IMG/VR virus record: IMGVR_UViG_3300020336_000010 | Location: 1-51,607 of that record | Length of the DNA stretch: 51,607 nucleotides | Strand: one strand, 5' to 3' | Source: a virus | Lineage: Duplodnaviria > Caudoviricetes | Shown: piece by piece, positions 1 to 8,340 of the stretch | Position numbering within the stretch: the stretch's first letter is position 1 | Layout of the letters: each line of letters begins with the position of its first letter | Notes under the pieces: model-generated | The model's input: only the letters and a program-made list of their open reading frames with translations | The model's database searches: none | Told to the model about the DNA's origin: nothing | Translations under genes and position numbers: made by a program

Positions 1-241
1 CTGGTGTTTTGCCACCACTAGTACCAGCAGATATACTACCACTAGTACCACTAAACCCGTCAGCCCCTCTAAAATCAGCTGCTTCTATTTGACCACTGGT
101 TGGGATATTACTATTAAGATCAGAATCAGGTACGTAAGTGCTAGTTCGGTAATACTCGTTTATGCCAATAGGATTTGAACCACCGAATGAATTTTGAATG
201 TCAAGCCATCTCATTGCGCCACTTGCTGGTATTCTAGTCAT
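1..241 (-). CDS. Partial gene running off the left edge; Gly/Ser-rich adhesin or tail-tip-like protein
   Basis: Read manually: ATG at 241 gives MTRIPASGAMRWLDIQNSFGGSNPIGINEYYR...; resembles the SGxISLxDIQxEFGGSNPISLSEYY N-terminus common in phage fibre-associated proteins. Confidence 0.6.
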   Translation of the reverse strand, partial: MTRIPASGAMRWLDIQNSFGGSNPIGINEYYRTSTYVPDSDLNSNIPTSGQIEAADFRGADGFSGTSGSISAGTSGGKTP

Positions 242-522
242 TATACTAACCTTTCGTTTTTAAAATATACAATCCCTTCGTCGTAATCAATAATTGCGGG
301 ATTCATAACTAAGTCTTTAACCTCAACAGCTGACATACGGGCCCAGTTGGTGTGGCCAAAACTTTTCTTACATAATTTATCTATCATAAACGTAGGTAGA
401 TCTGAATTGTTAAATGCATCTATTTTAGCATCTAGTTCAGTTAAATCGTCTCGTGGTGGAGGAACGAAGTCGTCCTCTTCCGGAATCCATTCTATTTCTA
501 ATTCGTCTTCTGGATCGTACAT
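241..522 (-). CDS. Acidic hypothetical protein
   Basis: 93 aa ORF tightly packed with neighbours, GAAGGA RBS. Confidence 0.7.
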   Translation of the reverse strand: MYDPEDELEIEWIPEEDDFVPPPRDDLTELDAKIDAFNNSDLPTFMIDKLCKKSFGHTNWARMSAVEVKDLVMNPAIIDYDEGIVYFKNERLV

Positions 523-524
523 AA

Positions 525-923
525 CTATTCCTTCATTTGTGACGCATATGGATCGGTTGATAGCATACGTTGTTTTTTTGTAGGTTGTATTGCCATTAAA
601 ATATCTTCTAAATTTTTATCTAAATAATTAGCTACTATACCTATTACATTATCTACTGATAACGTTTCTACTAATTCTTTTAATGATTCGTTGTTTTGAA
701 AACATCTAGAAATTAATTTACCGGACGCTCTCAGTTCTCTATCTAAGTAAGTATCGGTTTTATCCAACTTAATCCATAAAGCTATAGGCACCACACCCGT
801 ACTAGTGTGAATATAATTTATCTCACCTGTAACTGCTCTGCCATCTATCGGCAAAGTAAATAACGCCGTAGGCATCCTGTTTGGAATGTGTCGTCTCATA
901 ATTTTATCGTCCTTTAATGTCAT
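525..923 (-). CDS. Stand-alone class II ribonucleotide reductase C-terminal (TSCPD-like) domain protein
   Basis: RRxIPNRMP...GEINY...SGKLISRCFQ...LKELVETL...IVANYL pattern resembles the NrdJ C-terminal domain; no catalytic RNR subunit in the window. Confidence 0.5.
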   Translation of the reverse strand: MTLKDDKIMRRHIPNRMPTALFTLPIDGRAVTGEINYIHTSTGVVPIALWIKLDKTDTYLDRELRASGKLISRCFQNNESLKELVETLSVDNVIGIVANYLDKNLEDILMAIQPTKKQRMLSTDPYASQMKE

Positions 924-1113
924 CTCCGTGTTCCTCGATAAATTGAAATAAACTAATATTAGTCTCCTTCACCTGTACTATCTCGTGCCACATTGTTTCT
1001 ATCGTATTATTCATTTTACTCATATAAGAGACATTTACAACCATAAGTACAATACACATTACAAAAATACCTAAAGCCATTATAGGCACTAAGTCCCACA
1101 ATCTATTTTTCAT
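904..1113 (-). CDS. Small membrane protein (1 TM plus coiled coil)
   Basis: Hydrophobic LVPIMALGIFVMCIVLMVVNV stretch. Confidence 0.65.
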   Translation of the reverse strand: MKNRLWDLVPIMALGIFVMCIVLMVVNVSYMSKMNNTIETMWHEIVQVKETNISLFQFIEEHGDDIKGR

Positions 1114-1252
1114 CTGTTTTTTCCTCTTTTGTTACTAATTCATCTATTTTCTTTTGCCACACTTGCTTTATGCCTTTATCTTGTGCTAGCATATGTGCTT
1201 TTTTTAAATTTGCGTAACGCGTTAAGAATAATAAATATCCGTCTGCTGTCAT
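1103..1252 (-). CDS. Small hypothetical protein (probable start MTADGY at 1252)
   Basis: AGGAG RBS upstream of ATG 1252; ATGA overlap with the upstream stop. Confidence 0.6.
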   Translation of the reverse strand: MTADGYLLFLTRYANLKKAHMLAQDKGIKQVWQKKIDELVTKEEKTDEK

Positions 1253-1974
1253 ATTTCTCCTTCTGTCAACAAAGTAAAATCTTGCCAACCTTTAGCTGGG
1301 ACAATATTTAATTGTTTATTAAATTTCCAATGTTTGTGGTATTTATATCCTTCCGGATGATGATCCCAATAACAATACACTAAAGATAAACGTTTCATTT
1401 CAAAACCTTGTATCTTAGGTGTAAATTCAGTTACCTGGTGATAAAGGTTAGATGGAAATCTAACCGCCATGTTTTGAAAAGGTCTTATGGTTGTAAGAGA
1501 CGCACCTAAAGGCGGCTCCCATGTATTATTCATAATATATTTCTTTTTGTCCCAAGGATGAGAAGTACATATTTGTAAATAACCACCAATAATGTTTTGT
1601 ATAAAAAGATAAAGTATATGTGTTGTTTTTGCTACTTTGTTAAATCGATGTTCTTCAGCATCATACACATAATTATTTAATAATTTACCTTGCAAAAAAG
1701 AATCTTTTTGAAAGTGTTGTTTGTAATAAGCTTCATCACCATCTACATGCCAAGGAGTTTGCTCATTCCAACGAAACCAATACTCAATGTGTTCTTTTCC
1801 TGGAGTAATAGCGCGTAGTATTTTTTCAATATCGTTTTCAGCCGGTTCGTCTTTTGGTAAAAAACTATAAACAGGAAATCTTGCACTTAAAAGTTTGGGG
1901 TCATCAGTTATATATTCTTGTAAGAATGCAAGATCTTTAAAAGCCAAAGCGTTTTCTACGTATTGTACTACCAT
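1249..1974 (-). CDS. 2OG-Fe(II) dioxygenase superfamily protein
   Basis: HxD motif (WHVDGD), distal His (FPSNLYHQV), 2OG-binding Arg (KRLSLV). Confidence 0.8.
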   Translation of the reverse strand: MVVQYVENALAFKDLAFLQEYITDDPKLLSARFPVYSFLPKDEPAENDIEKILRAITPGKEHIEYWFRWNEQTPWHVDGDEAYYKQHFQKDSFLQGKLLNNYVYDAEEHRFNKVAKTTHILYLFIQNIIGGYLQICTSHPWDKKKYIMNNTWEPPLGASLTTIRPFQNMAVRFPSNLYHQVTEFTPKIQGFEMKRLSLVYCYWDHHPEGYKYHKHWKFNKQLNIVPAKGWQDFTLLTEGEI

Positions 1975-1993
1975 CCAAATTCATCCTCCGGGT

Positions 1994-2233
1994 TCATTGT
2001 TTACCTACTTCTGGTAAAGTTTCACCTGACCATTTTATTTTTGATTCGCGACCACCTTCAACATTTAATCTTGTGTGTTCTATTGGTAGCATAACATATC
2101 CATTATGCACTGTCACTGTCTTGCCCATATGCATAATTTCTTCTTCACACATAGGACAATCTAGTTCCGTTTGTTGTACTTTTATAAAACTATTGCCCTC
2201 ACAACGAGGACAAATAGTTCTAATTTTTTCCAT
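1994..2233 (-). CDS. Zn-finger protein (CPRC...CPMC), probable start MEKIRT at 2233
   Basis: Two CxxC pairs; start chosen from overlap with the upstream mini-ORF. Confidence 0.7.
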   Translation of the reverse strand: MEKIRTICPRCEGNSFIKVQQTELDCPMCEEEIMHMGKTVTVHNGYVMLPIEHTRLNVEGGRESKIKWSGETLPEVGKQ

Positions 2234-2375
2234 TTTTAAGTTCCTTAGTAAGTAAAAAATCAATTATTTTTTGTATACTTACTGGTACTTCAAACCTGTT
2301 TTTTGCTAGTTTTTGTAGTTTTCCGTGTGTATTTACTGATACTGACACTGATTTAAAACTGCTTGTATCTGGCAT
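2220..2375 (-). CDS. 51 aa ribbon-helix-helix-like DNA-binding protein (not in ORF track)
   Basis: MPDTSSFKSVSVSVNTHGKLQKLAKNRFEVPVSIQKIIDFLLTKELKNGKN; AAGGAG RBS; alternating strand followed by two helices. Confidence 0.7.
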   Translation of the reverse strand: MPDTSSFKSVSVSVNTHGKLQKLAKNRFEVPVSIQKIIDFLLTKELKNGKN

Positions 2376-2410
2376 ATTCTTTCTCCTTATTTATATTATA
2401 TTATGGGACT

Positions 2411-2438
2411 AATATAGACCTGTTATTTTATTTGACAA
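2411..2438 (-). promoter_or_regulatory. Sigma70-like promoter for the RHH/accessory operon
   Basis: TTGTCA-16 bp-TATATT on the minus strand in an AT-rich gap. Confidence 0.5.
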
Positions 2439-2447
2439 GAGCTTATT

Positions 2448-2615
2448 TTACTTTATTTTAATAGATTCTTCACCTTTATATGTCGGGTGTTTTTTAGCAT
2501 CCGACATTCTTTGAATTTTTAAATAACAATTAGCGCACCAATATTTATCCTGCACTTTGTGTTCTTCTACTATTGTGGCATTTTTGCCACACTTACACGT
2601 ATAAGACTTTAACAT
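2448..2615 (-). CDS. 55 aa Zn-finger mini protein (not in ORF track)
   Basis: MLKSYTCKCGKNAT...YWCANCYLK; CxC and CxxC. Confidence 0.5.
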   Translation of the reverse strand: MLKSYTCKCGKNATIVEEHKVQDKYWCANCYLKIQRMSDAKKHPTYKGEESIKIK

Positions 2616-2859
2616 CTAAATTCTTTGCTGATTTGTTTTTGACTCTGTTTATCAGTCTCATCTTACCCTTCATCATACGATAACTTTTCATCTTGACATC
2701 ATACAAATCCACGGTCCCCGTTTCACTGTTCACGACAACCAGGTCCGCTGGACCCTTACCACCTAAATCATAATAGACGTGCGTATTTGGTTTTCCTAGA
2801 AAGTCTATAGCCGCTAACAGCTCAGCACGAATACCTTTTTGTTGTTTACTTGTTTCCAT
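2593..2859 (-). CDS. PD-(D/E)XK nuclease / Holliday-junction-resolvase-like protein
   Basis: KGIRAE...GPADLVVV...LYDVKMK motif arrangement; start METSK at 2859. Confidence 0.65.
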   Translation of the reverse strand: METSKQQKGIRAELLAAIDFLGKPNTHVYYDLGGKGPADLVVVNSETGTVDLYDVKMKSYRMMKGKMRLINRVKNKSAKNLDVKVLYV

Positions 2860-2998
2860 GATAGACAATTACAACCGCTGTACAATTAGGACATGACAAG
2901 TTTGTCATGATCATATGTTCTTCTTCATCGTTGTCTTCCCACTCAGTGTCGTGATCACCGCCCCATATCAATTCGTGATTACAACTCCAACACTTCAT
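2846..2998 (-). CDS. 50 aa Zn-ribbon mini protein (not in ORF track)
   Basis: MKCWSCNHELIWGGDHD...TNLSCPNCTAVVIVY; ATGA overlap with the polA stop. Confidence 0.75.
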   Translation of the reverse strand: MKCWSCNHELIWGGDHDTEWEDNDEEEHMIMTNLSCPNCTAVVIVYHGNK

Positions 2999-4863
2999 CC
3001 TTTAATCTCTCCCCAGTTTTTACCCGATTCATAATCTACCTTGTTTGGAACTTCTAATGTAACAGCGTCTTCCATAATCTGAATTATCTTTTCAGCCTCC
3101 GCTGGTTCTTTGATTGATATATCTAGTTCGTCATGAATTTGTATGTGCGGTATAATACCTTCTTTATATAACGCTAACATAGATTTCTTAGTCATGTCAG
3201 CAGCACTACCTTGAATCAATTTGTTTAATGCTTTGTAAGTAAATGCACGTTTGATCATCCCCGGTCCGTGCTCCCTGATGGCGTCGTCATACTTCAATGG
3301 TTTATTCAAACCAAACTGTGTTGACTCCCACATATCAAAATGACAAATACGTCCACCGATAGTTCTAATCTTACCACTGTCTTCTGCTCTACGCATAACC
3401 GACTCGGTTAACATTTTTACAAACGGTGCTTTCTGATTGTAAGTTTTAATTAGTTTTTCAGCAGCGTCTTTTAATAAACCTAACTCACCCATCAGTTTAT
3501 TTTTACCCATGCCATACATTAATCCTAAGTTAATAGTTTTCGCTTGCTTCCGTTCGATGCCGGCCATGTCTGCAATCATCTGATGGAAATCTGCCTCGCC
3601 TTTTTTATATTGATCCACGATCATTGACGAACCTTCTAGTTTTAACAAACTAGAAAAGTGTACTACGATTCTTGGTTCTTGTTGCGAGTAATCAAAACAA
3701 CCCCAGGTACAATTACGTTCCGGTACAAAGATAGATCTAATCATTGGACCAATCGTTTTGTGTCGTGCTGGTATTTGTTGTAAATTTGGATTCGAATAAC
3801 TAAATCGTCCGGTGACGGTGCCACCTGAATCAGACCGTATCTGATTGATATCACTGTGTATTCTGCCGTTGTGTTCGTGCTTAATAATTGTATCTATGAA
3901 TGTTGTATGTGCTTTGTTTATCTCTCTTGCTTCTGCAATGCGTCGCGCTAAAGTGTCTTCAGGATGCGATGCTAAGAAACCTTTGGTAAAACTTGGTGCA
4001 CCTTTATCTGTTCTATCGTATGGTAATTTTAATTTATCAAACGCTGTCGCAATAGAAGCTGCAGCCCATATCTCAACTTCAAAACCTGCTTCTTTATTTA
4101 TTAATTGAAGTAATTCTTTTTCTTGTTTAACAAAATCTTTTTTAATTTGATCTGCACGTTCCAGGTCAACTGGCACACCTTTAAACTTCATGTCAACTAA
4201 ACACGGAAACAAATCTGTTTCTAAATTAAATACGTCCCACAAATCTTGTTGTGTAATTTCATGTTTCATTGCTTGCCATAACTTTAACGTTATCTCAGCG
4301 TCGCGTTCTGCATACTCACCAACAACTAATGCTGGCAATCGCCACATCTCTGCTTTAGGATCAACGCCCCAGCGTTTCGCTGCTTCTTTTAAGACATTCT
4401 CATTCTTACCAAGACCAATGTATTCTTTAGAAATAGAATCTAATGTAAAACTAAAACGATTTTCATTTACTAAACTTGCTGCAATCATTGTGTCAACAAT
4501 ACGTCCGTTGATTGTAAAGTTCATTGAACGTAACCAAGATACATCGTACATTGCATTGTGAAAAACTTTTGTTGCAGGTGTGTTTAAAACTTCTTGCATC
4601 CAATCAATAGCAATTGCTCTATCGATGTTGCCTTGACCTTCATGTGCTATTGGAAAATATCCTTTCCAACCTTCAACAGCTACAGCAAATCCAACTATCT
4701 CACCGTCTTTGCGTACCGAACCAGAACCCATGCTTATTAGATTAGGATCACGAGTTTCTAAATCGATTGCAATCTCAGAATGTTCAGTCAAGTCTGGCAT
4801 GTGTGGTACGACCCACTCAGTTTCCGGACTAAAATTCATTGGCACTTGCAATGGTCTATTCAT
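2995..4863 (-). CDS. polA: Family A DNA polymerase with 3'-5' exonuclease
   Basis: Exo I DLET, FHNAMYD, YAERD; TGRFSYSNPNLQQIP; motif A DYSQQEPR; motif B RKQAKTINLGLMYG; motif C QIHDEL. Confidence 0.97.
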   Translation of the reverse strand: MNRPLQVPMNFSPETEWVVPHMPDLTEHSEIAIDLETRDPNLISMGSGSVRKDGEIVGFAVAVEGWKGYFPIAHEGQGNIDRAIAIDWMQEVLNTPATKVFHNAMYDVSWLRSMNFTINGRIVDTMIAASLVNENRFSFTLDSISKEYIGLGKNENVLKEAAKRWGVDPKAEMWRLPALVVGEYAERDAEITLKLWQAMKHEITQQDLWDVFNLETDLFPCLVDMKFKGVPVDLERADQIKKDFVKQEKELLQLINKEAGFEVEIWAAASIATAFDKLKLPYDRTDKGAPSFTKGFLASHPEDTLARRIAEAREINKAHTTFIDTIIKHEHNGRIHSDINQIRSDSGGTVTGRFSYSNPNLQQIPARHKTIGPMIRSIFVPERNCTWGCFDYSQQEPRIVVHFSSLLKLEGSSMIVDQYKKGEADFHQMIADMAGIERKQAKTINLGLMYGMGKNKLMGELGLLKDAAEKLIKTYNQKAPFVKMLTESVMRRAEDSGKIRTIGGRICHFDMWESTQFGLNKPLKYDDAIREHGPGMIKRAFTYKALNKLIQGSAADMTKKSMLALYKEGIIPHIQIHDELDISIKEPAEAEKIIQIMEDAVTLEVPNKVDYESGKNWGEIKG

Positions 4864-5077
4864 ATTCTTTTTTCAACTTAGTTAAAAACCAAATTGCCTT
4901 ATCCAAATCTTCAACAGGCTTACCTTTATGTTCATGTCTCCAAATATACTTGATTGCTGAGCCTTGTAAATAGTATTTAAAACCAATACCTTGGCAGGAT
5001 TTTATAGCGTCAATACACTGCACACCACCTTTGTTATAGTGTTCAGGAAAGTTTACTGGATCATATTTTTTAGACAT
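4856..5077 (-). CDS. DUF3310 (T7 gp1.7-like putative nucleotide kinase) protein
   Basis: DPVNxPxHY...CIDAI...GSAIKYIWR..HKG..EDLxKAIWFL; start MSKKYD at 5077 with AGGAG RBS. Confidence 0.85.
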   Translation of the reverse strand: MSKKYDPVNFPEHYNKGGVQCIDAIKSCQGIGFKYYLQGSAIKYIWRHEHKGKPVEDLDKAIWFLTKLKKEYE

Positions 5078-6584
5078 AAGAATAACTCCTCTCATAATTT
5101 GCCGGTTCAATAATATGTAATGATTCTTTTGCTCTTGTTACTGCAACATAAAATAATCTGTGTGCTTCGTCAGGATCATACTCTTCTGCTTCCTTACTTG
5201 CTTTTGTTACATCAGGTAATAATAAAATGTTTTGTGCTTCACCACCTTTAGCTGCATGTATTGATTTAAAAATAATGCGAGGGGTTTCTAAAATGTTTTC
5301 TCCACGTGCTAACATTGCTCTTATATAATTTTCCGTATAGTTATCCAATTCGTTAAATGCTTCATACCAAACAGCGTTTGTTTTTAATCCGTGTTCCGCG
5401 ATGCAGTCTTCAAGTGTATAGCTACCTTCTTTATTTAATGTATTCGCCTTTCTATATCCCATAGTAACATTGTTTCCCAGATAATTATATATGTTTTTAA
5501 TTAAAATTGTTTCTATCTCACCGCCCTTGCGCCAACGTTCCCAACGTTGTATTGCTTGAACTAGTTCTACTGGTGCTGCATTCTTACCTCTAGAGTTTCT
5601 ATAATACCAACCGTTGTCTTCACAATGCTCACCAATAGTTTCAAAAAAATGATGTGCTGATGCTAACACTAACCAATCACCTTTTGACATATCAACATCT
5701 GTAATGTCGCTGTGATAACTAAGCTCACCGGACTGTCCATCTTTTGGTTTGTATTCTTTGTTATATTTATTTGTAATTCTTGATCGTATGCTCTGTGCTA
5801 ATTCAAAAATTGGTCCTGGTGGCACACGGTAAGATTTATCTAAAGTTTTTATGTGATCAACTTCATCTTTTAGTGCAATGAAATGATCTACGTCTGCACC
5901 GGCCCATTTAAATATTGCTTGATCATCGTCGCCTGCAATATAAGTCTTATCAGAATTGTCCCACATAGCACGAACCATAGCCCATTGCAGCGGACTTAAG
6001 TCTTGTGCTTCATCTATAAACAACACATCAAAATTAGGACTTAGTTTCTTGTCAACGAACATTTGCAACATGTCATTGTAGTCATACATACCCTTTTCTT
6101 GCTTAAACTTAGTGTATTCTTGGTCTAATAGGTACAAAACATCCCTCTCTACGTCCACCAGGTGCTCATTTCTGTCGTAAATCGTCATCACATCGACCAT
6201 AGACACCCTAGCTTTGTTGATTAGGCTTAAATATGCGTTATCTGAATCAAACAATCCATCAGCGTTGCTGTGTGCAGCGCGCTTTATGGTAAGACCATTC
6301 TTGCTACCAAATTCTTTGTAGTCTGCAGTGCCAACAACACGTTCTTTTTTTAAACTAGCTAAATTGTAAGCCAAAGAATGTAATGTTCTAAAAAATGGAA
6401 ACTCGTCCTCTTCTAATTTAAACTTTTCCATTGCTCTTTCTTTAGCAACACGAGCAGCGTCTTTAGTAAACGTAAAGTAACCTATCTTTTTAGTATTGAT
6501 ACCAGACTGAATACACTTTTCTACTAGCTCAAGAAGTGCGTATGTCTTACCTGTTCCTGGTGGTCCTAGTATAATTGTTTTCAT
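5070..6584 (-). CDS. UvrD/Rep-like superfamily 1 helicase
   Basis: GPPGTGKT, TLHSLA, IDEAQD, GDDDQAIF, SYRVP, SIHAAKGGE, YVAVTRAK. Confidence 0.93.
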   Translation of the reverse strand: MKTIILGPPGTGKTYALLELVEKCIQSGINTKKIGYFTFTKDAARVAKERAMEKFKLEEDEFPFFRTLHSLAYNLASLKKERVVGTADYKEFGSKNGLTIKRAAHSNADGLFDSDNAYLSLINKARVSMVDVMTIYDRNEHLVDVERDVLYLLDQEYTKFKQEKGMYDYNDMLQMFVDKKLSPNFDVLFIDEAQDLSPLQWAMVRAMWDNSDKTYIAGDDDQAIFKWAGADVDHFIALKDEVDHIKTLDKSYRVPPGPIFELAQSIRSRITNKYNKEYKPKDGQSGELSYHSDITDVDMSKGDWLVLASAHHFFETIGEHCEDNGWYYRNSRGKNAAPVELVQAIQRWERWRKGGEIETILIKNIYNYLGNNVTMGYRKANTLNKEGSYTLEDCIAEHGLKTNAVWYEAFNELDNYTENYIRAMLARGENILETPRIIFKSIHAAKGGEAQNILLLPDVTKASKEAEEYDPDEAHRLFYVAVTRAKESLHIIEPANYERSYSYV

Positions 6585-8134
6585 TAGAATGGTTGCTCAT
6601 CATAAGTAGTTTCTATTTGAACTGCACCATCTTCAAAGTCACCTAGTTTAACTCTAACACAACGAGGTCTTTTCTCACCGTCTTTAGTCATAACTTTTGG
6701 TCTAACTTCTTCTTCATACAAATCTAATTCCTGCAGTATTTTACCTGTATCTTTTTTATTCATATCCCACGCATTCTTTTTTAGAAAGTTTAAGAAAGAA
6801 CTAATCTGAAACATTGCATGGTTCTCCTCTGTATTCACATAACATTTACCATTGACCAACTCTTCTATTTTAGTAGTCCTGGTTCTATTCATTGTGTATT
6901 GTAATAACAACTGTCGTAATTCTTTTTTAGGTTGTAATGATTCTAATGGTTCTATCTCTGCAACCTCACCAGCAAATAAAGGTTTCAAATATACCTCGCG
7001 CCAGTCTTTACCTTTAAGAATAGGTACTACTAGATTTGCCTGCTCCATAACTGCAACAGCAAATAAATTAGGATTGTGTAACTGTTCACTTTTTAATTGT
7101 ACGCGTTTGTCACCAACAGTAAGCATCCACGTTGCTGGTTCAGAACAATACTTCTGTAAATCTTTTAGCGGCGACATTTGTTCCTCGTCATAGCCTACAC
7201 CAAACTTTTTAGTCCTACACTTTGCAGGATTACATACGCCACAGATTGGTTGATCTTTACATCTGTATTTGTCATAACCTCTTTTGTTTAATGATCCTAT
7301 GAGATCATTAACTTCTTTAAATGGTAAAGGGGGATCAAAATATTTTTGATTGCTTGCCATCACAGCGTCTTGCCATGTATCCGGCGTAGCCTGTTTATGA
7401 AACACGCCAATATTAAACAAAGCATTATTTCTAGATCCTTCGCCAAACCCTTCGTCAGCTAGCTTGTTTAAACAAGGTGGACCGTCTTCAAATACTTCTT
7501 TCTTAACAACCTTAGTCTTTTTTACTTTTATCTCATCTATCTGTGTTTCAGTTAAAACTACTTTCTTGTAGTATTCGTAAAAATCTGTCTCTGTTATAGC
7601 CTCACCATTATCATCTAATGCATAACGCATACCACGAATACCACCATGATAAGGTAAGTTTAAAAAGTTTCCAACGTCGCCACGTTCCGCGAGCAACTCT
7701 GTTTGTTTAGGGAATATCTCCATGTCACCAAAGCCTAGCGCTTTAGCCATATCAATTAGTTTAGACTGTAATAAACCAGCCGAAATAAAAGTATCACAAA
7801 ATAAAAACAAATGTGCACCACCTGATTTAGACCTAAATAATACCAGTGGGAACTTATGGGACTTGATAGAGGCCGCTATAGTTTTGAGATCAATAGTATA
7901 ATCATCGACGTCAATGCAACCCCACTTACACATGTTGTTTTCATTTATAGGTATAATACCTAACGCTGGCTCAACACCTTTAAGGTGATCTTGCCATAAC
8001 TTATCTGTAACGGTATCTCTTTTAATAAAAGCTTTTGCTTTTTGTTTTCCTTTGTCAGTTATGGCACCCGGTTGAATAACCATTTGACCAAAAGCATTAT
8101 TATTGCCTTCAAATATATTTTTAAATTCTTTCAC
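6584..8134 (-). CDS. AEP-type primase with PriCT-like domain
   Basis: WGCIDVD, RSKSGGAH, EIFPKQ, NLPY motifs; GPPCL...GSRNNALF helical domain; GTG start. Confidence 0.85.
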   Translation of the reverse strand: MKEFKNIFEGNNNAFGQMVIQPGAITDKGKQKAKAFIKRDTVTDKLWQDHLKGVEPALGIIPINENNMCKWGCIDVDDYTIDLKTIAASIKSHKFPLVLFRSKSGGAHLFLFCDTFISAGLLQSKLIDMAKALGFGDMEIFPKQTELLAERGDVGNFLNLPYHGGIRGMRYALDDNGEAITETDFYEYYKKVVLTETQIDEIKVKKTKVVKKEVFEDGPPCLNKLADEGFGEGSRNNALFNIGVFHKQATPDTWQDAVMASNQKYFDPPLPFKEVNDLIGSLNKRGYDKYRCKDQPICGVCNPAKCRTKKFGVGYDEEQMSPLKDLQKYCSEPATWMLTVGDKRVQLKSEQLHNPNLFAVAVMEQANLVVPILKGKDWREVYLKPLFAGEVAEIEPLESLQPKKELRQLLLQYTMNRTRTTKIEELVNGKCYVNTEENHAMFQISSFLNFLKKNAWDMNKKDTGKILQELDLYEEEVRPKVMTKDGEKRPRCVRVKLGDFEDGAVQIETTYDEQPF

Positions 8135-8286
8135 TTCTTCTTTCTCGGTCCTGGTCTATTACCAGTCTTTATGTATGTTGATTTAATGCTACATTTGTAG
8201 CTGCAATATTTTTTAGTACGTTGTTGTACTGCATGTATTGTAAACGTTTCTCCACATTTAACACATGTTTTTTCCTCCGATATCAT
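8131..8286 (-). CDS. 51 aa treble-clef Zn-finger mini protein (not in ORF track)
   Basis: MISEEKTCVKCGETF...KKYCSYKCS; AAGGAGGAG RBS; GTGA overlap with the primase start. Confidence 0.75.
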   Translation of the reverse strand: MISEEKTCVKCGETFTIHAVQQRTKKYCSYKCSIKSTYIKTGNRPGPRKKK

Positions 8287-8300
8287 TTCTCCTCCTTTAT

Positions 8301-8332
8301 GATAGCAAGGCAGGGGGAGTTGCCTTGCTATC
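8301..8332 (-). other. Perfect 12-bp stem-loop after the SSB-like gene (no U tract)
   Basis: GATAGCAAGGCA-8 nt-TGCCTTGCTATC. Confidence 0.7.
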
Positions 8333-8340
8333 GTTACTAG

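Noticed and set aside
2220-2859. RHH plus nuclease as a toxin-antitoxin pair
   Set aside because: Not adjacent, separated by a promoter and another ORF; the nuclease fits a resolvase in the replication operon
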